A stretch of 64,000 bases of DNA from Planctomycetota bacterium (GCA_965248575.1 CBDFJQ010000002.1:3008001-3072000), one strand, 5' to 3'. Positions 23,460 to 33,414 are shown, counted from the first letter of the stretch. Numbers and translations: made by a program. Notes: a model not told the origin generated them from the sequence alone.

Positions 23460-24379
23460 GAGTTCTGTCCCTCCATCACGTGCCGTCCGGCAAGTCGTTT
23501 GCGGACCAGGGGTTCACGGGTCGCTACGTAGCGGCCGCGCCAAGCAACGTCGAAGAGCACGAGCACGAGGGCCGCCAAACCGAAGCCTGTGAGCAGGAAG
23601 GCAAGAGTGCCGTCCTCTGCCAGGTCCTGCCCTCCTGCTGCCGTGTCCTTGAGGTATGCGGTGAGAGCGAGCACCTCCTCGCTCTCGATGGGTGTCTTGC
23701 GATAGATGGGCGACATCACCTCTGAGGGCGGAGAGCTGAGCCAGGCTGCCAACCCCTTGCGCCCTTCGAGACGGGCATAGACAGCGGTCAGGTCCGGCCC
23801 CAGCTGACCGCCACCGAAGCCGCCGGCCCCCGCCAGCGTGTGGCAGCTGAAGCAGGGCGGCGCACCGCTCGCGAAGTCGGCCTCCCCGCGGAACAGCTGG
23901 CGGCCCAGTTCGATGTCCACCTCCGTCAGCGGCCGGTCGGAGATCTGCAGGCCGGCGAAGCGGCTCTTCTCGAGCGTGGACTCGAGTTGCATCACGTCCA
24001 CCAACTTGTCGGCCAGGACGGCCGTCATGCCCGGCGGGTCCGACATGTACACACCGCGTGCTTCGCGCAACAATTCCTGGGCGTAGGCGTCGCCGCTGTC
24101 GATCATCGCCTTGGGGTGCTGGATGAACTCCACCAACCAGTCGCGGTCGCGGCGCTCAAGCACGTCCTTCAGGTCGGGGCCCGTGAGCCGCCCGCCACCG
24201 ATGGTGTGGCAGCTCTTGCAGTTGAGCTCGAAGTACTGGTAGGCCTCTTCGCTCGGGGCTTGAGCCGCCGCGCTGACGGCGGACAACGCCACGGCGCAGG
24301 CGGCACCAGCGAGAGCCCTAACGAAGACGGGGGCGCGGGTGCGCCCTTGCAGCCTGGATGAGTTCCTCGTCGTTCGCAT
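23456..24379 (-). CDS. NarC-like periplasmic diheme cytochrome c with C-terminal membrane anchor
   Basis: Signal peptide; CKSCH...GPDL and CFSCH...GPDL; C-terminal TM; AAGGAG RBS; overlaps the narG start. Confidence 0.88.
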   Translation of the reverse strand: MRTTRNSSRLQGRTRAPVFVRALAGAACAVALSAVSAAAQAPSEEAYQYFELNCKSCHTIGGGRLTGPDLKDVLERRDRDWLVEFIQHPKAMIDSGDAYAQELLREARGVYMSDPPGMTAVLADKLVDVMQLESTLEKSRFAGLQISDRPLTEVDIELGRQLFRGEADFASGAPPCFSCHTLAGAGGFGGGQLGPDLTAVYARLEGRKGLAAWLSSPPSEVMSPIYRKTPIESEEVLALTAYLKDTAAGGQDLAEDGTLAFLLTGFGLAALVLVLFDVAWRGRYVATREPLVRKRLAGRHVMEGQNS

Positions 24380-24408
24380 CTGCGGTCTCCTTCAGTGGAG
24401 TCCTGCAG

Positions 24409-24425
24409 AGCAAGCGGCGTGCCGA
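24409..24425 (-). promoter_or_regulatory. sigma54 (-24/-12) promoter for the nar-act-nor operon
   Basis: The minus strand reads TCGGCACGCCGCTTGCT, matching the GG-N10-GC / GGCACG-N4-TTGC consensus. It lies 30 bp upstream of the cytochrome c ATG, next to a sigma54 activator gene. Confidence 0.8.
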
Positions 24426-24549
24426 TTCCTGAACGGGCAGAACAACGGCTCTCGGGGGCACATCACGGCAGGCGCGGCCCGCACTGCCTCCGCGTGTTGT
24501 CAGTGGGTGCATTGCTGCGGAGGCACCCCGAGGATGCAGCGCGCGGACC

Positions 24550-26061
24550 TCAGACGCCCTCTTCGAAGCTCGCCCGGTCGATCCCCAGCTGGCGCAGGAT
24601 CTTCTGCAGCGCCGCGCGCGTCATGCCGCAGGCGGAGGCGGCCTGGCTGACGTTGCCCCCGCTGCGCTCCAGGGCGCCCTGCACGAACTCTCGCTGGAAG
24701 TTCTCCACCGCAGCTTGCTTGGCGGCAGCGTAGTCGGGCGACTGCGAATCCACACCCGAAGGCCCTGCGCCCAGGCTGCCCACCGCGGCCTCCAGCCTGC
24801 CGTCCAGCGGCGCGCCCCAGACGTCGCCAAGGCCGAGATGGAAGGGAAGGATCCGCTCTCCACAACACACGACCAAGGCGCGCTGAATGGCGTTCTCCAG
24901 CTCACGCACGTTGCCCGGCCAGGGGTGGGCCTCCAGGGCGCTGGTGGCTTCGGGGCTCAGCTCCGGCACCGTGGCACCGGGCCCAAGGCACTCGGCGGAG
25001 ACCCGCTCCAGGAACCAGTCCGCCAGAGCCAACACATCGGCCGGTCGCTCGCGCAGCGGCGGCACGGGAATACGGACCACCTGCAAGCGGTAGTAGAGGT
25101 CCTCCCGGAAGCTGCCCTCCGCCACCATGGCCTCCAGCTTGCGATTGGTGGCCGCCACCAGCCGGAAGGCGACGGGCCGGTCGCTGCTCCCCCCCACCGG
25201 GCGCACGAGCTTCTCCTGCAGGACGCGCAGGAGCTTGCCCTGGAACGAGGGCGACATGGAAGCCACCTCGTCCAGGAAGACCGTCCCGCCGTTCGCCTCT
25301 TCGAAGAGACCGCGCCGATCCCGGTCCGCGCCGGTGAAGGAGCCCCGCTTGTGACCGAAGAGCTCCGACTCCAACAAGGTGTCCGCCATGGCCGCGCAGT
25401 TCACGGCCTGGAAGGGCTTGCCCGCCACGGCGCTGGCGTTGTGCACCGCGCGTGCGATGAGTTCCTTGCCCGTGCCGCTCTCGCCCTCCACCAGCACCGG
25501 CAAGGGGCTGGGCGCCACGCGCCGCACCAACTCCAGCACGCGTATCATGTTCGGGTCGGAGGCGATGATCCGTTGCTCCCCGCCCTGCGCGACGCCGCCT
25601 GCCCCGCCACGTGCGCGGCGGGCCAGGATCTGCCGGCCAAGACGGCGCACGAGCCCAAGGATCTGCTCGTTGTCGAAAGGCTTGGTCAGGAAGTGCGCGG
25701 CGCCAGCTTGCAGGCAGCGCACGGCGGTCTGCACCGTGCCGAAACCCGTCAGCAAGACCACCTTGGTCTCAGGCCGGCGCTGCTTCACGGCGTGCAAGAG
25801 CTCGACGCCCGAAATTCCGGGCATCATGAGGTCCGTGATCACGAGGTCGGCCGACTGTTCGTCCAGGAGGCTCAGGGCTGCGGCTCCGGACTCGGCTTCC
25901 CGGGCCTCGATCCCCAGGTTCGCCAGAAGTCGGCGCAAGCCGAGACGGATGTCCGCCTCATCGTCCACCACCAACACACGCAAGGCTCCCAGAGTTTGCT
26001 GGGTGCCTTGAGCCCCCGGGGCGAGCGGGGTGGCAGTGGGTGTGTTGTCTGGGGTGCTCAT
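24550..26061 (-). CDS. NtrC-family sigma54-dependent response regulator
   Basis: Receiver domain (VLVVDDE, TDLMMPG), AAA+ GESGTGKE, ESELFGH.RGSFTGA, FREDLYYRL, WPGNVRELEN, Fis-type HTH. Confidence 0.95.
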   Translation of the reverse strand: MSTPDNTPTATPLAPGAQGTQQTLGALRVLVVDDEADIRLGLRRLLANLGIEAREAESGAAALSLLDEQSADLVITDLMMPGISGVELLHAVKQRRPETKVVLLTGFGTVQTAVRCLQAGAAHFLTKPFDNEQILGLVRRLGRQILARRARGGAGGVAQGGEQRIIASDPNMIRVLELVRRVAPSPLPVLVEGESGTGKELIARAVHNASAVAGKPFQAVNCAAMADTLLESELFGHKRGSFTGADRDRRGLFEEANGGTVFLDEVASMSPSFQGKLLRVLQEKLVRPVGGSSDRPVAFRLVAATNRKLEAMVAEGSFREDLYYRLQVVRIPVPPLRERPADVLALADWFLERVSAECLGPGATVPELSPEATSALEAHPWPGNVRELENAIQRALVVCCGERILPFHLGLGDVWGAPLDGRLEAAVGSLGAGPSGVDSQSPDYAAAKQAAVENFQREFVQGALERSGGNVSQAASACGMTRAALQKILRQLGIDRASFEEGV

Positions 26062-28340
26062 GAGTAGGGACCCGGGTTTCGTGCCATCTCGATCAGGGCG
26101 CGCGACCGCAGACGCACCCGGAAGGTCGTGCCCATTGGCGAGGACTCCACCAGCTCGATCTGCCCACCGTGCATTTCGGCGATGCGCCGCGCGGTGGGCA
26201 GCCCGAGCCCAGTGCCCTCACCCCGAGGCTTCGTCGTGAAGAAGGGCCGGAAGATGCGCTCCTGCTGCTCGCTGCCGATCCCCGGGCCCGTGTCCACGAC
26301 GTCCACCGCCAGACGATCCTCCTCATCGAAGCTGCGCAGGGTGACCGAGCGGGGGCCTGCAGCATCGCCAGTCTCCGGGCGGTTCCCCGCCACGGCCTGG
26401 ATCGCATTCAACGTCAGGTTCACGAAAACCTGGCGCAGCTGGATCTCGTCGCCCGTGACCTCGGCTCGCTCCGCCTCCCGCAGCAGCTGCACGCTGACCC
26501 CGGCGCGTTCGCTCAGGGGTCGCAAGAAGCGCACCACGTCCTCCAGCACGTCGTGTACGTCCAGCGAGCCCACCTCGGGCGTCGAGCCCGTGGCGTAGTC
26601 GAGCAGCTCGCGAATGGCGCGCTTGGCGGAATCGATGTTGCGGGAGATCACCTCGGTGTTCTCCCGCAGCGGCGAGTCCGCCGTCAGCTCGGCGTCCAGC
26701 ATCTGGTTGAACATGCTGATGGACGCCAGCGGATTGTTGATCTCGTGCGCGACCACGGCAGCCACTTCGCCCAGCACGGCCAGGCGTTCGTTGTGGATCT
26801 GGCGCTCATCCTGCTTCACCCGGTCGGTCACCTCGCGGGAGACGAGCACGCGCCCGCGACCTCCCATGGGGTCAGGGGGCAGGGGCGTGGTGTGGATCTC
26901 GAAGGTTCGCACGCCCACGTCCACCGAACAGGAACGCGGTGGCCCGCTCGTGTCCATCAGGCAGGCGAAGCAGCCGTGGCCCTCGCGATTCACGGACGTG
27001 GCCTCGTCCAGGCAGACGTTGTGCCCCGTGGCCGTTCGCTCTTGTTCGATGAGGGTGAGCAGGGGCTGCGCGGCCGAGTTGGAGAGCACGACGCTGCCCT
27101 TGGCATCGAGCACCACCAGGCCGTCGTGCATGGAGGCGATCACCGCCTCAACACGGTCCCGCTCGGCACGCAGCTCTGATTGTCGCTCCCGCAGGTCCGA
27201 TGCCGTCTGCTCCAGGCGGCCTGCGCGCTCCTGGATCGCCCCCGCCATCTCGTTGAAGCTGCGGCCCAGGATCCCAATTTCGTCGTTGGAGGCCACCGCC
27301 ACCCGGGTGTCCAGCTCCCCCTCTCGCAGGCGCTCCGAGGCCCGTGTGAGCAGGGCCAGCGGGTGCACGAAGAAGCGGATGGGGAAGTACAGCAGCAACA
27401 GCGACAGGGCAGCCAGCGCGATGCCCACCGCCAGCAGCCGCGCCTTGAGCCCCAGCACCGGAAGCAAAGCCTGCTCTGTGTCCAGGGTGACCTCGACCCA
27501 CCAACCGCTGGCGGACACGGGGAAGGAGCGCGAATAGGTCCCTCGCACCGGGGCGAATGCAGGCACTTTGCTCACGGGCATGGAGTGAACAGAAAGGGCA
27601 GTGCTGTGCTCGAGGATCCGCAAGCTCCCACCCGAGCCCGGCGAGGACACCAGGCGCCGGCCGCGGCCGTCGTGCACCAGCAAGGTGGCTTCCAGCACGC
27701 CGCTGGCATCGGCCTCGGTGTTGACGGACAACGCCGTCTGCATCCATGTGCGCGCCTCGACCAGCACATGCAGGTGCCCCACGACACGCTCGCTCGCTAG
27801 GTCGCTGAGGGGTGTCGAGAGCAGCAGGCTGGGGACGCCCCCCGTCTCGCCCAAGAGACCACTGACTTGGGTGTGCCCGGACAAAAGCTCCCGAGGAGGG
27901 GGCTGCATGCGCCGTGCCTGATCGCCTTGCTCGTCGTGCACGACCGTCAACAGATTCCCAGCCGTGTCCGTGACGGCGAGGTTCAGGAACGCATCCACCA
28001 GCGGCAGCTTGTTCTGGTCAAGGTGGCGCCGCAACTCGGTGCGCAGGGTGTCCAGCTGATCGACGCTTTCGGTGGACTGCAGACGCGCCGCGTGGTCGCG
28101 GATGTATCCGTCGGAGGCAAAATCCTCCAGGCGTCGCTCCAAGGCACCCAGGCTGACGTCCAAGGTCGTCGCATACACATGGCATTGCGAGTCCATGCGC
28201 GCGAGGATCTCGCTCTCCAAGGCCGCCTCTGTCCAGCGCGACACCAGTGACCCACCCAAGCCATACGCCAGCAGACACAGGCTGACGAACAACAGCCCCA
28301 GCTTGGTGCGCACGGAGACATCTGCGAGCGGATCAATCAA
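26058..28340 (-). CDS. membrane sensor histidine kinase (periplasmic domain, HAMP, Cys-rich PAS, HisKA/HATPase)
   Basis: Two TM helices; HAMP (NDEIGILGRSFNEM); AHEINNPL; NLTLNAIQA; DTGPGI; FFTTK; GTGLGL. Confidence 0.92.
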   Translation of the reverse strand: MIDPLADVSVRTKLGLLFVSLCLLAYGLGGSLVSRWTEAALESEILARMDSQCHVYATTLDVSLGALERRLEDFASDGYIRDHAARLQSTESVDQLDTLRTELRRHLDQNKLPLVDAFLNLAVTDTAGNLLTVVHDEQGDQARRMQPPPRELLSGHTQVSGLLGETGGVPSLLLSTPLSDLASERVVGHLHVLVEARTWMQTALSVNTEADASGVLEATLLVHDGRGRRLVSSPGSGGSLRILEHSTALSVHSMPVSKVPAFAPVRGTYSRSFPVSASGWWVEVTLDTEQALLPVLGLKARLLAVGIALAALSLLLLYFPIRFFVHPLALLTRASERLREGELDTRVAVASNDEIGILGRSFNEMAGAIQERAGRLEQTASDLRERQSELRAERDRVEAVIASMHDGLVVLDAKGSVVLSNSAAQPLLTLIEQERTATGHNVCLDEATSVNREGHGCFACLMDTSGPPRSCSVDVGVRTFEIHTTPLPPDPMGGRGRVLVSREVTDRVKQDERQIHNERLAVLGEVAAVVAHEINNPLASISMFNQMLDAELTADSPLRENTEVISRNIDSAKRAIRELLDYATGSTPEVGSLDVHDVLEDVVRFLRPLSERAGVSVQLLREAERAEVTGDEIQLRQVFVNLTLNAIQAVAGNRPETGDAAGPRSVTLRSFDEEDRLAVDVVDTGPGIGSEQQERIFRPFFTTKPRGEGTGLGLPTARRIAEMHGGQIELVESSPMGTTFRVRLRSRALIEMARNPGPYS

Positions 28341-28580
28341 CCAAGGCGTCCCTTCGCCCGCTGGTTACGGCGCGGGCATGGAAACAAGCCTGTTCGTCCG
28401 GGTTCGCAACGCGCCGAGCGTCCCGGCGATGTCGCGAGCTTCAAAGGCTTGTGGGACCGCAGTGTACCTCAACAGGCGACCGCCAAGTCTGATGCAAGCA
28501 GGCCATCCGGAAACCTGTGCGCTCCCGATCGAACCGATCCACGACGGGTTCGCAGGGTGTTGCGAGCGGCCCGAGCCCCT

Positions 28581-29495
28581 CTAGTCGAGCGTCACCGGCG
28601 TCTCGAAGCCGTCGGGCTTCATCGCCAGGATCGAACACTCGATGGTAGCCAGCGCCTTCTCGGCGGTGTTGCCGATGAGCCGCCCGGCGATGCCGGCCCG
28701 CCCGATCGTTCCGAGCACGAGCAGATCGGCACCCAGCTCCCGGACCGCCAGGGAGATCTGCTCACTGGGCAGGCCTTCGCTCATGTAGAGCTTGGGTGTC
28801 ACGCCTGTCTCTTCGGCGAGCGGGTCGCACATCTCATGCAGCTGCTTCCACGCCTCCTTGCGCACGCCGGCTTCGTACTCTTCCGTCTCCTGGACCGACG
28901 CACAGCGCAGGCGCATCCCGCCCTCGCGCGGGTACTCAGGGCAATGGAACACGTTCCACTTGCCGCCGCGCAGCTTGACGATGGCGGCCGAGAGCTCCAA
29001 GACACTCGATGTCAGGTCGTGCATGGCCACCGCGGAGAGCACAACGCGCTCACCCGGATCGGATCGGCGCGGCGTCACCCACACAGGGCAGGGACACTTG
29101 CGCAACAGGTTGAGGGCGACGCTGCCCACCAGGGTGCGGTGCACCAGGCTCGACTTGCGCGCAGCGACGATCACCAGATCGTGCTTGTCGCGCAGCACTT
29201 GCCGGATAATCTCCACGAAGGCTGAGCCCTGGGACACCACGAGCTGGGCCTCGCCGTCGAGGCGCGAGAGCACGGAATCCTTCAGACGAAGGCGCGCGAG
29301 GTCGAGGGTCTCCGCATCCACGTCCTCACCTTCGACGACAGCCTGGATGGTCACCGAGGCGCCGGATTGCTCGCGGATCCAGTTGGCCTTGGAGATGGCC
29401 GAGACCACCTCCAGCGGCGGACTCTCATCGGCGTCGAAGCCGCGCGCCGCGACGTCCACGCAGAGCAAGATGGAGTTGAAGCTGTCCATGCCCAT
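28581..29495 (-). CDS. tandem-domain universal stress protein (UspE-like)
   Basis: HDLVIV...GSVALNLLRKCPCPVWV and ADLLVLGTIGRAGIAGRLIGNTAE motifs; start placed after GGAG, uncertain. Confidence 0.88.
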   Translation of the reverse strand: MGMDSFNSILLCVDVAARGFDADESPPLEVVSAISKANWIREQSGASVTIQAVVEGEDVDAETLDLARLRLKDSVLSRLDGEAQLVVSQGSAFVEIIRQVLRDKHDLVIVAARKSSLVHRTLVGSVALNLLRKCPCPVWVTPRRSDPGERVVLSAVAMHDLTSSVLELSAAIVKLRGGKWNVFHCPEYPREGGMRLRCASVQETEEYEAGVRKEAWKQLHEMCDPLAEETGVTPKLYMSEGLPSEQISLAVRELGADLLVLGTIGRAGIAGRLIGNTAEKALATIECSILAMKPDGFETPVTLD

Positions 29496-29557
29496 CTGCT
29501 GAAGCTCCGTTGGGACCTCGATGAAACCTCGCCCCATTCTCAGCTTGTCTTGCCCTG

Positions 29558-29609
29558 GGCACCCTGGGACTGGTGCCTTGGGAGCGGTGCCTTGGGACCG
29601 GCACCCTGC
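29558..29609. repeat. four imperfect 14-bp tandem units GGYRCCYTGGGANN
   Basis: ggcaccctgggact / ggtgccttgggagc / ggtgccttgggacc / ggcaccctgc. Confidence 0.65.
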
Positions 29610-29622
29610 AAGCAGTGAAGAA

Positions 29623-29697
29623 TGGAGCCGGGGATGGGAATCGAACCCACGACCTCAGCTTTACGAAAGCCGCGCTCTACCGCTGAGCTACCCCGGC
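29623..29697 (-). tRNA. tRNA-Thr(CGT)
   Basis: GCCGGGGTAGCTCAGCGGTAGAGCGCGGCTTTCGTAAAGCTGAGGTCGTGGGTTCGATTCCCATCCCCGGCTCCA folds as a cloverleaf with TTCGA T-loop and encoded CCA. Confidence 0.95.
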
Positions 29698-29813
29698 GCG
29701 AACCGCCCGAAGACGAGCCGCATGAGGCGCAAAATCTACCACACAGCCCTGTCTCCCCACTACCGCACGGAAAGGCGGCGGGCCCCTGCCCGCGCCCCGC
29801 TATCATCCCCGCC

Positions 29814-30269
29814 GTGCACTACCTCGTGGACGGCTACAACCTCGCGCACTGGCTCGCTGGCGACGAGGACATGCTCCCGACCGAGATGCGGCACCTGCTG
29901 TATCAGGCGCTGGCCGGCCGGCTGCCCCACGACGCCGAGAGCGTCCACATCTACTGGGACGTCCGCCGGGCCAACCCTCATCTGGCGGCCCAAGAATCCA
30001 TGGGCTGGTGCACGGCCTACAACGTGCCGGACGCGGACGCCGCCATCATCGACGCCATTTACGCCACGGAGGCCCCGAGCCGCTGCATCGTGGTGAGCCA
30101 CGATCGGGAGGTGACTGGCAAATGTCGCCAGTTGGGGGCCAAGGCCTGGCGGGCCGAAGACCTGCTGGGTGACCTGGGCGGCGGCGGCGACGACGACGGG
30201 CGGGGTCGCAGCCCCGGAGGCGGCCGGGGCGGTTCCAGGAGTCGAGGCCGCAAGGGACGCCGTCGATGA
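29814..30269 (+). CDS. NYN/YacP-like PIN-domain nuclease
   Basis: YLVDGYNL, DADAAI and VVSHDRE acidic motifs; GTG start inferred. Confidence 0.78.
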   Translation: MHYLVDGYNLAHWLAGDEDMLPTEMRHLLYQALAGRLPHDAESVHIYWDVRRANPHLAAQESMGWCTAYNVPDADAAIIDAIYATEAPSRCIVVSHDREVTGKCRQLGAKAWRAEDLLGDLGGGGDDDGRGRSPGGGRGGSRSRGRKGRRR

Positions 30270-31195
30270 GCGCCGCCAGCGTCTCCAGCGGACGCACCTT
30301 CGCCCTGATCGCCATCGCCGTGGCCAACATCCTCGGTGGGCTCACCTACCTGGCCCAGGACTTCGCCCTCGACGGGCTGCCCTTCGCCACCATCAGTTTC
30401 CTGCGCAATCTCGTGGCGCTGCTGATGATGGCTGTCTGGATGCAGAGCAGGGGTGGCATCACCTGGCGCTACCCGCGGCCGGTCTTCTTGCGGCTGTGCG
30501 TGTTGGGGGTCTTTGCCTATGCCTCTCCGCTGCTGCTCGGGACCCTCGGCACCCAATGGTCCACCGCCGCCAATGGCTCGATCCTGATCCTCATGGAGCC
30601 CTGCGCCATCCTGCTCTTCGCCTGGATCCTGCTGGGCGAGCACGTGCGTCGGCTGCAACTGCTGGGCATCGCCTTCGGGCTGGCGGGTGGCCTGTTCATC
30701 GTGCTGCGCGACGCGCCCGTGGATGGGCTGTTGGAGGGGCAACACCTGCGGGGCAACATCATCCTCGCCGCGCACGCCATCTTGTGGGGCCTCTACTCGC
30801 CGGTCATGAAGCCCCTGGCCGTACGCTACCGCGCCGTGGACGTGACCTTCATGTCCATGGTGCTGGCGCAGCTGCTGCTGGTGCCAGCCATGCTCACGGA
30901 GGTGGGTGAGTGGAGCGCTGGCCCGCAGCTGAGCGAGGCGCTCTGGTGGACCCTCGCTCTGGGCGTCGGCGGCTCCTTCGCCGCCACGGTCCTGTGGACG
31001 GCTTCGTTGAAGCACCTCAAGGCCTCAACCGTCGCGCCCTTCGTGTTCTTGCAGCCGGTGGCGGGCGTGATCGGTGACGCCGTGGGCCGCGGTCGCCCTG
31101 TGACCGGCGCGGCTCTCACCGGCGGTGTGCTCATCGCGGTGGGCGTGCTGTGCGTGATCTACCGGGCGAAGAGCAGGTCGCAGGAGGTGGGCTGA
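30266..31195 (+). CDS. DMT/EamA family transporter
   Basis: About 10 hydrophobic helices in two EamA repeats (FAWILLGE, FLQPVAG). Confidence 0.88.
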   Translation: MSAASVSSGRTFALIAIAVANILGGLTYLAQDFALDGLPFATISFLRNLVALLMMAVWMQSRGGITWRYPRPVFLRLCVLGVFAYASPLLLGTLGTQWSTAANGSILILMEPCAILLFAWILLGEHVRRLQLLGIAFGLAGGLFIVLRDAPVDGLLEGQHLRGNIILAAHAILWGLYSPVMKPLAVRYRAVDVTFMSMVLAQLLLVPAMLTEVGEWSAGPQLSEALWWTLALGVGGSFAATVLWTASLKHLKASTVAPFVFLQPVAGVIGDAVGRGRPVTGAALTGGVLIAVGVLCVIYRAKSRSQEVG

Positions 31196-31365
31196 CCTGA
31201 CCGCCTGTGTCGGAAGTTGTACCAGCGCGAAAGGGGTTGCTAGCCCTCCCAACAACGACCAACAGCACGGAAGGCGGGTCGGGCCCGTCTGCCGTGCTGC
31301 TGTGTGAATCCTGGCCGGAGCCCCTGGTCGGAACCGGAGCTGTCGACTGCGTGCCGTTGGCTGGC

Positions 31366-33414
31366 TTAGCGCCCGGCGACGAGCGGCATGGCGCCGCCCA
31401 ACTGGCCCAGCGCTTCAGCGGCGGCCTGCGCCACGGCTGCATCACCGCTGCCCAACGAACCCTGCAGGGCGGAGGACAGGGCGTCGCGATCGCCAGCAGG
31501 ACCCGAGATGGCCCAGAGACGAGCGCAGGCCTTCATGGCGGCCACGGCGAGCTCATCGCTGCCGCCTTCCATGACCGCAGCTTCCGCGGCAGTCAGGCAG
31601 GACGTGAGACCCGCGGCGCCTGCGAGGTGCAGGATGGCTGCCTTGGTCTCCGCATCGGCACCGGAGTTGAGGGCCTCGGCGGCGCTGTCGCCCACCGTCT
31701 GAACCCGGCTCGCCGGCAACATCGAGAGGACGTGCGCCGCATGACGCGCCATGCGCATGGCCTTGCTCATGGCTTCACCGGCGGGGCCGGCAGCCGCAGT
31801 GACCGCATCCCAGTCAGCGCTTTCCAGCACGGCGGCAGCCTGATCGCCGTAGAGGCTCTCGGCGCTGCCCACGTTGGCGGTGACGATGATCATCGGCACA
31901 TCCGCAGTGCGCGGGTCGTTCTTGAGACCGAACACCAAGGTGTCGAGGGTCACGCCCTGGAGCCCGTCCTGCACAACGATCACATCCTTGGGCGGGAAGG
32001 CCTTGGCGCGGGACAGACCGCCGACCACATCACGCGAGCTGAGCAACTGCCAGCCGCCTGAGCTGCCGGACAGGCCCGTGTTGCCGATCGACATCACCAG
32101 GCGTTCCGGCACCGTCGAAAGGGCGGTGCCGAGGCGGGCCACGACGGTGGCATCTGCATCGCCGAGTGAACCGAGGGCCAAGGCGGCGGCCGTGGCCACC
32201 GTCGGATCCCGATGCCCCACGGCGCGGCGCATGGCCTGCACTTCGGGGCGGCTGCGGCCCATGGCTCCGAGCAGCGTGGCAGCTGCCGGCGCTTGACGCG
32301 TGGACAGCAACAAGCTCAGGGCTCCGGCACGGTGCTGACCAGCCAGGGCGAGGTTTAGGCCGAGGGTGTCGACATCTCCGGCGACGGCCTGGACCAGGTC
32401 GTTGTCCGCGAGGCCCGGGTGGCTCATGGCCGCTTCGATCTCGGCCTTCTGCACGGCGTGCACAGCTGCGAGATGCCCGCGCACCCCGTCACCGGCGCCA
32501 GCGGCCAAGGCCCCGCGCAAGGCGGACTCAGCCAAGGCCAGGCTCGCGAGGCTGGACGGGACGGTGCGCCCCTCCAAACCGTTGTCACCCCAGCTCCAGA
32601 CCACGCTGCCGCTGGCGTAGGGCCGGTCGAGGTTGGCGTCACCACGCAACCAACCCTCGGTGAGACCCAAGGTCAGCGCGGTGGCATCGCCAGCGTTCAG
32701 CCCCATGGCCTGCAGGTCGGCGTCCATTTTCTGGAGTGCGGCTGCCGCGGTGTTGCGGGCCGTCTCCGAGCTGTCGCTCTTGGCCATCCATGCGAGGGAT
32801 GCCGCGGCGCGCGTGTCGGACAAGGAGCCGAGAACCGAAGCCGCGTTGGTGCGGGTCAGCTCGTCGGAGGAACTCAAGGTCGCCATGAGCGCGGGAACCG
32901 ACGTGTCGCCGAGACGCAGCAGGGCCTGGATGGCCATGACGCGGTTGTTCGGTTGGGCGCGGTCACCGAGGGGGCCCACCAGCGCGGGCACAGCCCACTC
33001 GCCGTAGGTCGCCTGCAGATCGAGCAGGGCCTCGCGGCTCTCCTGCGCGCTGCCGTTGAGGAAACGGTTGACCACATCCGACGCACCGCCGGGGTCGCTC
33101 GCCACGCTGTGGCGGCCCACCTTCGCGAGGGTCAGGAAGCGTTCCGTGAGGGAACCCAACTCGCCGCGCTGGATGAGCATCTCGAGCAGCACTTCCTGCT
33201 CGGCGCGCTGCCAGAGCGAGAAGGCGGCATCGTTGCCGGGGTTGGTCGCCAGGGCGGCCTTCAGCTGTTCGATGGCCACTGCGTTGTCACCGCGGCGGTA
33301 GGCATCGACGCCAGCCTCAAAGAGACGCTCCGCATCCTGCGCCATGGCAGCAGAGGAGAGGAGCGTGGTCAGGGCGAGAGCGGGCGCGAAGACGCGCAGC
33401 GCGAGACGGAACAT
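31366..33414 (-). CDS. exported TPR/HEAT-repeat protein with a degenerate receiver-like segment
   Basis: Signal peptide ending AMA-QD; N-terminal TPR; HEAT repeats (AVPALV, RTNAASVLGSL). Confidence 0.75.
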   Translation of the reverse strand: MFRLALRVFAPALALTTLLSSAAMAQDAERLFEAGVDAYRRGDNAVAIEQLKAALATNPGNDAAFSLWQRAEQEVLLEMLIQRGELGSLTERFLTLAKVGRHSVASDPGGASDVVNRFLNGSAQESREALLDLQATYGEWAVPALVGPLGDRAQPNNRVMAIQALLRLGDTSVPALMATLSSSDELTRTNAASVLGSLSDTRAAASLAWMAKSDSSETARNTAAAALQKMDADLQAMGLNAGDATALTLGLTEGWLRGDANLDRPYASGSVVWSWGDNGLEGRTVPSSLASLALAESALRGALAAGAGDGVRGHLAAVHAVQKAEIEAAMSHPGLADNDLVQAVAGDVDTLGLNLALAGQHRAGALSLLLSTRQAPAAATLLGAMGRSRPEVQAMRRAVGHRDPTVATAAALALGSLGDADATVVARLGTALSTVPERLVMSIGNTGLSGSSGGWQLLSSRDVVGGLSRAKAFPPKDVIVVQDGLQGVTLDTLVFGLKNDPRTADVPMIIVTANVGSAESLYGDQAAAVLESADWDAVTAAAGPAGEAMSKAMRMARHAAHVLSMLPASRVQTVGDSAAEALNSGADAETKAAILHLAGAAGLTSCLTAAEAAVMEGGSDELAVAAMKACARLWAISGPAGDRDALSSALQGSLGSGDAAVAQAAAEALGQLGGAMPLVAGR

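Noticed and set aside
24380..24550. FNR/Crp box upstream of the nar operon
   Set aside because: No TTGAT-N4-ATCAA match seen; the sigma54 element explains the promoter
29558..29609. CRISPR interpretation of the short repeat array
   Set aside because: Units are 14 bp with no unique spacers, and there are no cas genes
29622..29813. N-terminal part of the 215-aa ORF
   Set aside because: It overlaps tRNA-Thr on the opposite strand; the NYN domain begins at GTG 29814
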